Shown here: positions 39,430-48,658 of the stretch, piece after piece
Layout of the letters: every line of letters begins with the position of its first letter
Numbering within the stretch: position 1 is the stretch's first letter
NCBI GenBank assembly: GCA_031261425.1
Contig: JAISJR010000006.1
Coordinates: 9,701-73,700, forward strand
DNA: 64,000 nucleotides
Direction of reading: 5' to 3'
Source of the DNA: Planctomycetota bacterium
Lineage (GTDB): Bacteria; Planctomycetota; SZUA-567
Notes under the pieces: generated by a model
The model's database searches: none
Told to the model about the DNA's origin: nothing
Seen by the model: the letters and a program-made list of their open reading frames with translations, nothing else
Translations under genes and position numbers: made by a program

Positions 39430-42400
39430 ATGTGCAACGACCGCGACTATAAATTAAGCCGTTTCGGCAAAATCGCTCTCGCCAAGCATTATTTGACGGC
39501 GGCGGATTTGCAGGAATGCGTCAACATTCAGGAAAAATACGAGGAAGCGAACCGTCCGGTGCCGCAACTCGGCGCCATCGTCATCGCCAAAAAATTTATG
39601 ACCGGCGAGCAGGTCGCCGAAGTGTTGCGTCTGCAAAACGAAGAACTCCACGCCAAGGCGAGCAACCAAAACATCCAGCGCCGCTACCAGCCCGGCGAAA
39701 TTATTTTTTCCGAAAACGACGACAACCACGATTTGTTTTTGTTGCGGCGCGGCGCGATTGAATTTTATCACAACAAGGTGTTGGTCGAAGTGCGCTCCGG
39801 CGAAAACGTCTATTTCGGCGTCGCCGGTTATATGCTCAAAAAACCGCGCTACGCCACCATCGTCGCCAAGACCGCCTGCGACGTGTTGCAAATTTGCGAG
39901 GAGAACGCCAACGCGCTGTTCAAGATGCGCCCCGATTTGGCGTTCCGGCTGACCGCCACCATCGCCCATTCGCTCCAAAAGAACGTTGACGCCTACTCGC
40001 AAATTATCGCCGCCTTGCCGCCGGAAATTGTCAAGCGCGCCGCCGCCACGGTTACCGCCAACGTCGAGGTCTCGCCGCCGGCGGTGTTCGAGCGAGCCGC
40101 GCCCGACCCCGAAGTGGTCGGCATCAAAATGCCCGCGCCCGCCGCGCCGGTCGCGCCCGCGCCGCCGGCAAGCCGAGTTGCCGACGACGAATTGGCGTTC
40201 AACGACGACGACGACGATGCGCCGCTCGCCGCGCCCGTAGCGGCGACGCTTGCATCGGCGACGCCCGTGTCGGCGACACCCGTGTCGGCGACGCTTGCAT
40301 CTGCGATGCCCGCCCCCACTCCGCCGCCTGCGGATTTTTTCTCGTCGCCGATTCCCGACAGCGCGTTGCCGCCAAGCGAACCGTTGCCCGACGAGGCGGA
40401 CAAGGAAGTATTGCCGGACGACGAACCGCCGACAGTCGCGCCGGACGCCGCGCCGAAACCGGCGGCGTCACCCGCGTCACCCGCGCCGGTCGCGCCGGTC
40501 GCGCCGCCAACTCCGCCGGTTAAACCGGTTAAAACAGAGAGCGTCGCCGCGCCAACGGATACCGCCGACGCTCAAGAAACCAACGGCGCCAACGCTCTGC
40601 TGGCGGAAATCAAGCGTCTCCAACCGAAACCGTTGGCGCGCGACGCGCTGAAAGGCGTGGAAAAGCGCATCGGGCTGTATTTGGAAATTGAAAAATTGGA
40701 AGCGCAACGCGGCGAGTTGGAGAAGAAATACTCCGACGCGTCCGAGAGTTTCAAAATTGAAATCGCGCGGCAACGGCGCGAATACGTCAAAATTCCGAAA
40801 ACCGATATTCTGCAAACGCAACTCGAAAAACTCCGCGATAAACTCGCTTACTCGCCGGACGCCGACGCGGCGGCGAAAGCCGCGACGGTCATCATCCCCT
40901 CCGCCGGAGCGCCCGCCGCCGCCGCGCCGGAAAAAACGCCGGAAGAAGAAGCGCAGGAGCGGTTGGAAAAAATTAAAAAAGCGCTGTTCAAACAATTCGG
41001 CGCGGCGGCGGAAACTCTCGACCCCAGCGACTTTTCCGATATGGAAATCGCCGACGAACCGGAAGAAGACGCGGAGGGGACCGACGCCACGCCCGCGGCG
41101 GCGCCCGCGGCGTCCGCCGAAGTCGCCGCGCCGAAGCCGAAATTGCCGCCGCTGACGCGCGATATGCGCGAGTTGCTGACCATCGCCGTGCAACAAAAAG
41201 AACTGCTCCTCAAACGCGCCGCCGAAACCGGCAAATTGTTGCGGTCCTGCGCGGCGTCCTGCGACAACGAGCCGTTCTTTCAGATTTTGCGCGAACTGCA
41301 TCTCGACCCCGAACCGGTTTTCGGTTGGGGAATGTTGTTGCTCGCGCTGAAAGAATACGGCGAGACCGCCAACAACAATATCAAAGCCGGACGCAAGCGC
41401 ACCGCCGAATTGAACGACCCGAAAAACGCGCCGCCGAAAAAGAAAGCCGGCTTTTTCTCTTTCGGCAAAAAGAAAGGCGACGAACCGGACGAAAAGGAAA
41501 AAGAATTGGCGGCAATCGCCGCGGCGGAAATCCACTGGAAACTCGTGGCGACCAACGTTACGCGCGACGCCGCCTCCGACGAGCCGGAAATGGTCGCCGC
41601 GTTCTGGGACTTATACGAAAAATTAGGTCTGCAATACGTGGGCGGCATCGCGGGCAAAGCGGGCGTGTTCGCGCGCGCCTATCTGCGCTGGGGAATGCTC
41701 GGCGCCACCTCGCGGTGGCTGACGCCGGACCAATTGCAAACGCTCGTCGAGGATTGTTTTCCCGCGCCGGAGCGACCGACGAACCGGCTGGAAGAAACGG
41801 CGATTTATTACGCCGACGAAGTCATTTTTTTCACGGCGAAGGGCTTTTTGCCGCCGTCGTCGAACGAGGACTTGGAATTAAATCACCGCAATTCCAAGGA
41901 GTGGAAAATCGACCGCGCGTGGCGGAAACTCGTCAACTGCGGCGCCTACAACACGGCGCTGGCGCAAATTCTCGAACAGCAACAAAAACTCATCGACGAG
42001 GCGCGCGCCAACATTGAAAGTTTCAACGCGATGATTGAAAAAACCAAAGCGTCGAACAATCCCGATAAAAAGAAAATTATGGTCAAGTTGCGCGACCAAT
42101 CGCAAAACGACAAAATCAAAGCCGCGCGCGCCGAAAAAATCGTCGAGCAGTTGCGCGGCAAAACCCTGCCCTTTAATGAAGAGGAAATGTTGCGCAGTCG
42201 CGAGCAATTGGCGGAATTTTCCGTGGAAAAGCCGGAAGAGTTGGCGTTAGCCAAACACGAAATCGGCTGTTTGCGCCGCAACGCTCGTTTAGTGGCGAAA
42301 CTGAAAGAGCCGTTTTTGCCGTTCTCGTTGCGCGACCGGTTTAAGCCGGATATGGGGTGCGCCAGCACCCGCGCCGCGATGCTGGCGATGATTGACGACG

Positions 42401-42930
42401 TGGAAAAACGCGACCCGATTATTTTTTTGGAGCCGCTGATTCCCAACGCGAAAAAGATACATCAGGTTTATATGCGGCGCTCGCCGGTGATGATTCTCGC
42501 GCCGGCGGGCGGCGTGATGGGCTTCGTGATGGCGCCGCGCCAGAGTTCGGAAGGCGGGCGGTTCATTCTGCCGGCGTATGTCGAGCGGGCGAATATGCGC
42601 GAAGAGATTTTGTGGTCAACCTTGTCGGATTTCCGCTTCGACACCAGCAAGGCGTCGGCGGGCGCGGATTTGATGACCAGCGACACGCTCGTCGCCAAAT
42701 ATATGGAAGTGCGGTGGAATTTGCGCAAACGCGAGCGCGAGGCGCGGCAAAAAGCCGGTATTTATATGGAAGAAAACGAGCGCACGAATCTCCGCCGTCA
42801 CTACGCGATTTATATGAAGTCGGCGTTCGACGCGGGCAAACAGTTGTTCTTCAAATGCCCCGAACTCTACGAACTCGTCATCAACAAATTCATCGACTTG
42901 CCGGCGGGACAAACGATACTGAAACGGTGA
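39430..42930 (+). CDS. Large multidomain protein: N-terminal cyclic-nucleotide-binding-like domain, Pro/Ala-rich linker, coiled-coil and uncharacterised C-terminal half
   Basis: 'FLLRRGAIEFYHNKVLVEVRSGENVYFGVAGYMLKKPRYATIVAKTACDVLQI' cNMP-binding/Crp-like beta-barrel pattern. Confidence 0.65.
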   Translation: MCNDRDYKLSRFGKIALAKHYLTAADLQECVNIQEKYEEANRPVPQLGAIVIAKKFMTGEQVAEVLRLQNEELHAKASNQNIQRRYQPGEIIFSENDDNHDLFLLRRGAIEFYHNKVLVEVRSGENVYFGVAGYMLKKPRYATIVAKTACDVLQICEENANALFKMRPDLAFRLTATIAHSLQKNVDAYSQIIAALPPEIVKRAAATVTANVEVSPPAVFERAAPDPEVVGIKMPAPAAPVAPAPPASRVADDELAFNDDDDDAPLAAPVAATLASATPVSATPVSATLASAMPAPTPPPADFFSSPIPDSALPPSEPLPDEADKEVLPDDEPPTVAPDAAPKPAASPASPAPVAPVAPPTPPVKPVKTESVAAPTDTADAQETNGANALLAEIKRLQPKPLARDALKGVEKRIGLYLEIEKLEAQRGELEKKYSDASESFKIEIARQRREYVKIPKTDILQTQLEKLRDKLAYSPDADAAAKAATVIIPSAGAPAAAAPEKTPEEEAQERLEKIKKALFKQFGAAAETLDPSDFSDMEIADEPEEDAEGTDATPAAAPAASAEVAAPKPKLPPLTRDMRELLTIAVQQKELLLKRAAETGKLLRSCAASCDNEPFFQILRELHLDPEPVFGWGMLLLALKEYGETANNNIKAGRKRTAELNDPKNAPPKKKAGFFSFGKKKGDEPDEKEKELAAIAAAEIHWKLVATNVTRDAASDEPEMVAAFWDLYEKLGLQYVGGIAGKAGVFARAYLRWGMLGATSRWLTPDQLQTLVEDCFPAPERPTNRLEETAIYYADEVIFFTAKGFLPPSSNEDLELNHRNSKEWKIDRAWRKLVNCGAYNTALAQILEQQQKLIDEARANIESFNAMIEKTKASNNPDKKKIMVKLRDQSQNDKIKAARAEKIVEQLRGKTLPFNEEEMLRSREQLAEFSVEKPEELALAKHEIGCLRRNARLVAKLKEPFLPFSLRDRFKPDMGCASTRAAMLAMIDDVEKRDPIIFLEPLIPNAKKIHQVYMRRSPVMILAPAGGVMGFVMAPRQSSEGGRFILPAYVERANMREEILWSTLSDFRFDTSKASAGADLMTSDTLVAKYMEVRWNLRKREREARQKAGIYMEENERTNLRRHYAIYMKSAFDAGKQLFFKCPELYELVINKFIDLPAGQTILKR

Positions 42931-43020
42931 GGAGATAGAGTTTAGAGTTTAGAGTTGAGAGTTGAGAGTGCGCGAAGCGAATTATAAAAATAAAACTCCG
43001 ACAGCCGCCCTGTAAGGGCG

Positions 43021-43250
43021 AAATATATTAGCCCAGGGTAAGCGGCGACGTTCTATCAGCCGCGCCACCCTGGGTAAAAGGTCGCGAAGCGACCATCCGA
43101 CAGTCCCGCCGTTAGGCGGCATTTCGACGCGGAGCGTCGATTTAGCGCGGCAAAGAACGCCGCGGGACTGTCGGATTGATTATTAAAATAACCGCTACCC
43201 AGGGTGGCGGCGCAAAGCGCGCGCGCCTTACCCTGGGCTAATATATTTCG
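43021..43250. repeat. Unique ~230-bp nested palindrome (multi-level inverted repeats)
   Basis: 'aaatatattagcccagggtaagcg...cgccttaccctgggctaatatattt', 'gccaccctgggtaa/ctacccagggtggcg', 'ccgacagtcccgc/gcgggactgtcgg', inner hairpins 'ggtcgcgaagcgacc', 'cgacgcggagcgtcg'. Confidence 0.8.
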
Positions 43251-43330
43251 CGCTTTCAGCGCGACGGTCGGAACGATTTATCAAGAATTTCCCGCCGCCG
43301 CGCGGCGGCGGGCTGATGGAGGCAAAAAAA

Positions 43331-44329
43331 ATGAGCAAAAAATTTTCCCTGATGAGCGTCGGGTCGCCGATTACGGATTACTTGGCGCGGGTGAGCGACG
43401 ATTTTCTGCGGCAGAACGTCGGCGGCGAGAAAAACGGCATGCGCCTCATCGACAGCGCGCAGATGGCGGAGTTGCTCGGCAAACTGCCGGACGCCTACGT
43501 CTCCGCCATCGGCGGCTCGGCGATGAACACCGCGCGGGCGCTGGCGCGATTGGGCGTCGCCACTTGCGGTCTGGGCAAAGTCGGCAACGACGAAACGGGT
43601 CGGCATTACGTCAAGAAAATGGCGAACGCCGGCGTCAGCCCCGCGAAATTCAAATACGCGGGTTTTTGTCCAAGCGCGCGCTGTTTGAGTTTAATCACGC
43701 CCGACGCCGCGCGCACCTTGCGCACCGACCTCGGCGCGGCAAGCAAACTGTTGCCGGCCGACCTCGCCGCCGCGGATTTCGCCGACGCCGACCACGTTTA
43801 TATCGAAGGTTATTTGTTATGGAATCAGCCGCTCGCCGAGCGGCTTTTCACGCTGGCGCGCGACGCCGGTTGCGAGATTTGCCTGAATTTCGGCTCGTTT
43901 GAAATGGTGCGCCAGTTGCGTCCGCAATTGCAAACGTGGTTGCGCGATTACGTTGACGTCGTGTTCGGCAACCTCGAAGAAGCGCGCGAGTATTTTGGCG
44001 ACCGAGGCGGAAACGCCCAAGAAATGGCGCAGAGTTTAATGACCGTTTGCGGTTGCGCGGCGGTAACCGACGGCGCGAACGGCGCGGTTGTCGCCGAAGC
44101 CGGCGAAGCGACCACGCATTGTCCGGCGCAAACGCCGACGGAGTTGGTCGACACCACCGGCGCGGGCGATTTCTGGGCGGCGGGATTTTTATACGGACGC
44201 ATCAAAAATTACGACCACGCCCGCTGCGGACAAATCGCCGCGGCGCTCGCCCGCGAAATCATCGCCGTCGCCGGCGTGGAATTGCCGGCGGAGAAATGGG
44301 AGGCGTTGCGGAGTGAAATTAAAAATTAA
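43331..44329 (+). CDS. PfkB-family carbohydrate/nucleoside kinase
   Basis: 'DTTGAGDFWAAGFLYG' PfkB signature. Confidence 0.8.
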   Translation: MSKKFSLMSVGSPITDYLARVSDDFLRQNVGGEKNGMRLIDSAQMAELLGKLPDAYVSAIGGSAMNTARALARLGVATCGLGKVGNDETGRHYVKKMANAGVSPAKFKYAGFCPSARCLSLITPDAARTLRTDLGAASKLLPADLAAADFADADHVYIEGYLLWNQPLAERLFTLARDAGCEICLNFGSFEMVRQLRPQLQTWLRDYVDVVFGNLEEAREYFGDRGGNAQEMAQSLMTVCGCAAVTDGANGAVVAEAGEATTHCPAQTPTELVDTTGAGDFWAAGFLYGRIKNYDHARCGQIAAALAREIIAVAGVELPAEKWEALRSEIKN

Positions 44330-44478
44330 AAACTCGTGTTACGCGCAAAAATAAAATCCCCCGATTTATCAGGCAAAGAAGCGTCGTCCGCAGATAACGC
44401 GGATAACTACAAAAAAAACGTTTTTATCCGCGCTAATCCGCGTTATCCGCGGACAAAGTTCTTCGGGGCAACCGCAAC

Positions 44479-44617
44479 GCTCTATTCAATTGCCACGCCC
44501 TTTAGGGCGTGGTCGGCGCTGGAAAATGACCGGCTTTAGCCGAATGGTTTATTTGGGCTAAAGCCCTTTTCTTTTTTGACCGTCCACGCCCTAAAGGGCG
44601 TGGCAATTGAATAGAGC
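44479..44617. repeat. R3 element, complete copy
   Basis: Perfect TIRs 'gctctattcaattgccacgcc'/'ggcgtggcaattgaatagagc'. Confidence 0.85.
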
Positions 44618-44650
44618 GACCGCGTAAATTTGGGTTGACCGCGTAACTCG

Positions 44651-44760
44651 AGTTAAAAATTACAAATTGTGGAATGGACTTAAAAATTGCGCGAAGCGAA
44701 TTTGAAAATCAAACTCCAACATTTTTAATTTTTAATTTTGAATTTTTAATTCGTAATTAT
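44651..44760. repeat. R2 element
   Basis: 'aaaaattacaaattg...gcgcgaagcgaatttgaaaatcaaactccaacatttttaatttttaattttgaatttttaatt'. Confidence 0.8.
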
Positions 44761-45686
44761 TTTCCGCCGTCCGTCGGCGCGGCTTCGATGAGGCCGCCGA
44801 GCGGATTGTCCGCCGGCAAGGCGACGGTGGCTTTGTTTTTCAGAATGGCTTCGAGCGCGTCGAGCCGGCGCAGGAAAATCGCGAGTTGCGGATTCTGCTT
44901 AAATTCCCGATAGAACTCCGCCGCCGCCGCGTCGCCCTCGCCTTTGATTTGCCGCGCTTTCGCCGTCGCTTCGCTTAACAAATTTTGCTTTTCCAAATTG
45001 GCGCGACTGACGATTTTTTTCGCCTCTTCTTTTCCCGCCGTAACGTTGCGCTCCGAGTGCGTCTGCCGCTCTTTAATCATCCGCGCGTTGATTTCTTTAA
45101 TCGTGTCTTTCGGCAACGCCAACCGCGTGATGAACACTTTATCGACGGCAATCCCGTAATCCGACTTTTGCAAATCGCTCTGAATTTGCCGCAACAGCGC
45201 GGTTTCGACCTGCGCGAAAGTCGCCGCCTGTTCGGGACGGTCGCTGACCAAATCCGTCAACGCGAAACTACTGACGACCGTCTGCCGCGCGCCGCGCGCC
45301 AAACTGCTCAACATCTTCGCGGCGTTGGCTTCGCTTCGCCAGCCGGAATCGTTCGCCATTCGCCGCAGATATTTTTCCGCGTCGCTGACGCGCCACGCCA
45401 TCGCCAGCGTCAAATAAATGTGATTCTGGTCGCGCGTCGTAACGATTTCGGTGTTTTTGATTTCCAGCGCGCGGAGGCGCGTATCGACTTTTTCGACGCG
45501 CTCGATGCCGGGCGGCAGACGGAAATACGCGCCCGGAATTTTTTTCACGCCGCCCTCGCGAATGCCGCCGAAAGTATAAACGACGGCTTGCTCGCCCTCG
45601 TTGACCGTAAAAGTCAAACACACCGCCGCCAGCAAAACCACTAACGCCGCCGCGACCGCGATAGTCCACGCCCGTTGGTTGTTCAT
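44757..45686 (-). CDS. SPFH/band-7 protein (HflC-like)
   Basis: N-terminal TM plus SPFH domain ('VNEGEQAVVYTFGG...'). Confidence 0.75.
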   Translation of the reverse strand: MNNQRAWTIAVAAALVVLLAAVCLTFTVNEGEQAVVYTFGGIREGGVKKIPGAYFRLPPGIERVEKVDTRLRALEIKNTEIVTTRDQNHIYLTLAMAWRVSDAEKYLRRMANDSGWRSEANAAKMLSSLARGARQTVVSSFALTDLVSDRPEQAATFAQVETALLRQIQSDLQKSDYGIAVDKVFITRLALPKDTIKEINARMIKERQTHSERNVTAGKEEAKKIVSRANLEKQNLLSEATAKARQIKGEGDAAAAEFYREFKQNPQLAIFLRRLDALEAILKNKATVALPADNPLGGLIEAAPTDGGK

Positions 45687-45718
45687 TTTCTTCCTCGCTT
45701 GGTGAAAAGAATTAACCG

Positions 45719-46129
45719 TTAAAAATAGTCGTTTGCGCGTTGCCGATAATACTCCAAGAAATCGTGGGGATTCATCACCGGAGATTCGCGCGGATAATGT
45801 TTCAGATTGCCGGTAACTAAAATTGCCCCGTAATGTTTGGCGGTGTCATAAAAAATGCGGTCGGTGTTATCGTCCATCGCAAAAACGCTACTGCGCGGCG
45901 GGACGGCGTTTATCCATAAGGAAGAAACTTTGTTCAGAACGCCGTCAATCTGTCCGCGACTAAGTTTGAATTTGGGGCGGTTTAGAACTCGTTCGTATTC
46001 GGCGAATATCGGCGGACAATAATAAACCTCAAACTCGCTCCGCCACGCCAAAGCCAGCGCTTGGGCTGGACTGCCGCCGACCGAAAGCATTGCGGAAATA
46101 ATGATGTTGGTATCAAAGACCGCTCGCAA
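45719..46129 (-). CDS. PIN-domain protein (VapC-like toxin)
   Basis: 'AVFDTNIIISA' PIN N-terminal motif; likely TTG/alternative start overlapping the upstream small ORF. Confidence 0.7.
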   Translation of the reverse strand: MRAVFDTNIIISAMLSVGGSPAQALALAWRSEFEVYYCPPIFAEYERVLNRPKFKLSRGQIDGVLNKVSSLWINAVPPRSSVFAMDDNTDRIFYDTAKHYGAILVTGNLKHYPRESPVMNPHDFLEYYRQRANDYF

Positions 46130-46319
46130 GTTGCTCCCTCCGCATTTCCCGGCGAACTTCGGCAATTTCGGCGTCGATGTCTTCCATAGTCATCCGGTCA
46201 AGACCGTTGCGACGGGACTGTTCCTGTATCTCCCTAAACAATTGCAAAATGTCCGTTTCGTCTTTTTCGGCGACCCGATAAGGTCGTTTTTTTAATAGCG
46301 CGGTCAATGTGGCGTTCAT
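46113..46319 (-). CDS. Putative antitoxin partner of the PIN protein
   Basis: 68-aa ORF immediately upstream and overlapping the PIN gene; Arg/Glu-rich. Confidence 0.45.
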   Translation of the reverse strand: MNATLTALLKKRPYRVAEKDETDILQLFREIQEQSRRNGLDRMTMEDIDAEIAEVRREMRREQLASGL

Positions 46320-46389
46320 CGTTTGTCCCCTTGCGATTAGAACTGTTCGATAATCTCCGCGCTTTCAGCGCGACTGTCGGAGAATATCT

Positions 46390-46450
46390 ACGCTTCGCGA
46401 ATTTGAAAATCAAACTCCAACATTTTTAATTTTGAATTTTTAATTGCTCT
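46390..46450. repeat. R2 half-element
   Basis: 'gcttcgcgaatttgaaaatcaaactccaacatttttaattttgaatttttaattg'. Confidence 0.7.
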
Positions 46451-46976
46451 TACAGCAATTCGTCTTTGGTGAAAATCGCCGACAGCGAGTAGCCCCGCGC
46501 CGCCAACGCTTCGCGTCCGCCGTCGAGCCGGTCAACCAACGCGACGACGCCGCGAATCTCGACGGGACAGGTCTCCAACACGCGGTCGATGGCTTGGAGC
46601 GAACTGCCGCCGGTCGTCACCACGTCTTCGATAATCGCGACCTTTTCGCCGGCGATTAAGTCGGGACCTTCAATCCATTGCGCCGTGCCGTGTTTTTTCG
46701 GCTCTTTGCGCACGATGAAACCGGTGTAAGGCGCGCCGGCGTCGAAACTGAGCGCCACAATCGCGCCGATGAGCGCGTCGGCGCCGAGCGTCATGCCGCC
46801 GACGCGGGTTACGCCGAGCGGTTTTAGCCGGTCGAGAAAAATCCGCGCCGCGAGATTGAGCGCTTCGGGACGGAGCGTCGTCGTTTTGCCGTTGATATAA
46901 AAATCGCTTTTTTTGCCCGACGCGAGCGTGAAATCGCCGCGCAGAAAATCAATCTGTTTTTGCAGACGCAGTTTGC
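46450..46976 (-). CDS. pyrE: Orotate phosphoribosyltransferase
   Basis: 'VAIIEDVVTTGGS' PRPP-binding motif. Confidence 0.9.
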
Positions 46977-47045
46977 GGTCGTCCATTTTTTTCTCTCCGG
47001 TGAAAAATCGCGGTAACGAAATCGTCGGTTTATAGCCGATACAGT

Positions 47046-47187
47046 ATCCGCTTTTAGAGTTGAGAGTTAAGAGTGGAAAGTTGAAAGAGTGGAATTTAAG
47101 CGGATTGGCGGTCAAATATACGCGAAGCGATTTTTACCGTCAAACTCCACCATTGTTAATTGTGAATTTTTAATTGTTAATTGTGCA
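47046..47187. repeat. Composite R1 left arm + R2 right arm
   Basis: 'tagagttgagagttaagagtggaaagttgaaagagtgg...tacgcgaagcgatttttaccgtcaaactccaccattgttaattgtgaatttttaattgttaattg'. Confidence 0.7.
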
Positions 47188-47198
47188 AAGGGGAAAAA

Positions 47199-48335
47199 AT
47201 GCGTTACGCACTGTTAATCGCCGACGGCGCGGCGGATTATCCGCAACCGGAATTGGGCGGCAAAACGCCGCTGGCGGTCGCCGACAAACCGGCGATGGAT
47301 TATATCGCCAGCCACGGTTACGCCGGACAAGCCGCCAACATTCCCGCCGGTTTGGCGCCCGGCTCGGACATCGCCGCGCTGTCGATACTCGGCTACGACC
47401 CGCGCGTCTATTATTCCGGTCGCGCCCCGCTCGAAGCCGCCGCGCAAAAAATCACGCTTTCCCCGACCGAAACCGTTTTTCGCGCCAACACCGTAACCGT
47501 TCGCGACGGCGTTATGGCGGACTTCGCCGGCGGACATCCGAAAGACGCCGACGTGTTTCCGCTGATTGACTATCTCGCCGAAAATTTGCAAATCCCCGGC
47601 GTGAAATTATATCGCGGCGTCAGTTATCGCCATTTGTGCGTCATCGACGGACTGACCGCCGTCGCCGCCACCACGCCGCCGCACGATATTTCCGGGCAAA
47701 CCGTCGCGGCGCATTTGCCGGACGATGCCGTTCTCAACCGCGTTATGAACCGGACGGCGGAATTATGGCGCGAGAAAAACGCGCCGTTCACGCAACTTTG
47801 GCTCTGGGGCGGCGGCAAAACGCGCGCGCTCCCAACGTTTGCCGATTTGTATCATTTGCGCGGCGGAATGATTAGCGCGGTGGATTTACTGCGCGGCATC
47901 GCGACGTTGGCGGGGTTGGAAATTATTCCGGTCGCGGGCGCGACGGGTTTTTACGACACTAATTATCGAGGTAAGGGCGAGGCGGCGCTGGCATTTTTGC
48001 GCCGTCACGATTTTGTCGTCGTGCACGTCGAGGCGCCGGACGAAGCCGGACACAACGGCGACGCGAAGGAAAAAATTCGCGCCATTGAAAACTTTGACCG
48101 CTTCATCGCCAAGCCGTTGTTGGACGAAGCGAAACGGTCGGGCGATTTGCGGTTGTTGGTGTTGCCCGACCACCGCACGCCGCTGAATTTGCGGACGCAC
48201 AGCGCCGAGCCGGTGCCGTTCGCGCTATACGGCGCCGACATTTCGCCGCGCCCAATCGCCGCCTTCACCGAAGCGGCGGCGGCAAACAGTCCGGTCGTCG
48301 CCGGACAGGATTTGATAAAATTGCTGTTGGCGTGA
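47199..48335 (+). CDS. apgM: Cofactor-independent phosphoglycerate mutase, archaeal/ApgM type
   Basis: 'MRYALLIADGAAD' N-terminus and full-length ApgM-family similarity. Confidence 0.8.
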   Translation: MRYALLIADGAADYPQPELGGKTPLAVADKPAMDYIASHGYAGQAANIPAGLAPGSDIAALSILGYDPRVYYSGRAPLEAAAQKITLSPTETVFRANTVTVRDGVMADFAGGHPKDADVFPLIDYLAENLQIPGVKLYRGVSYRHLCVIDGLTAVAATTPPHDISGQTVAAHLPDDAVLNRVMNRTAELWREKNAPFTQLWLWGGGKTRALPTFADLYHLRGGMISAVDLLRGIATLAGLEIIPVAGATGFYDTNYRGKGEAALAFLRRHDFVVVHVEAPDEAGHNGDAKEKIRAIENFDRFIAKPLLDEAKRSGDLRLLVLPDHRTPLNLRTHSAEPVPFALYGADISPRPIAAFTEAAAANSPVVAGQDLIKLLLA

Positions 48336-48658
48336 ATGAAAGATAGAGCCGGTCTAATCAGCGCGACGTCGTCCAGATTTTCAACAATCCCAACTAGCGA
48401 TATTGTTTGCCGCTCGTCCGCCGCGTGATTTTCAACAGCGGCGCTCCGCAAAAATTATATTTGATTTTCTCGCCGCCGTCGCTTTGCGTGATTGACCAAA
48501 CGCTGAATTTTCCCCATTCGCCCCACGAATAAATTTTTTCATAGATGTTTTTTTTTGCGGGTGTTGCCAACTCGCGCCGCCCCACTCGTTCGCCGAAACC
48601 GCTTTTTTGTATGGAATTTTCCTTTGACGAAGGTGGTAAAAAAACGGTCGATGGCTCT

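Noticed and set aside
47046-47115. N-terminal extension of pyrE (46450..47115 track ORF) and MCKGEKM extension of apgM at 47181
   Set aside because: Extensions are encoded by R1/R2 repeat sequence. Conserved protein N-termini begin at 46976 and 47199 with plausible RBSs.
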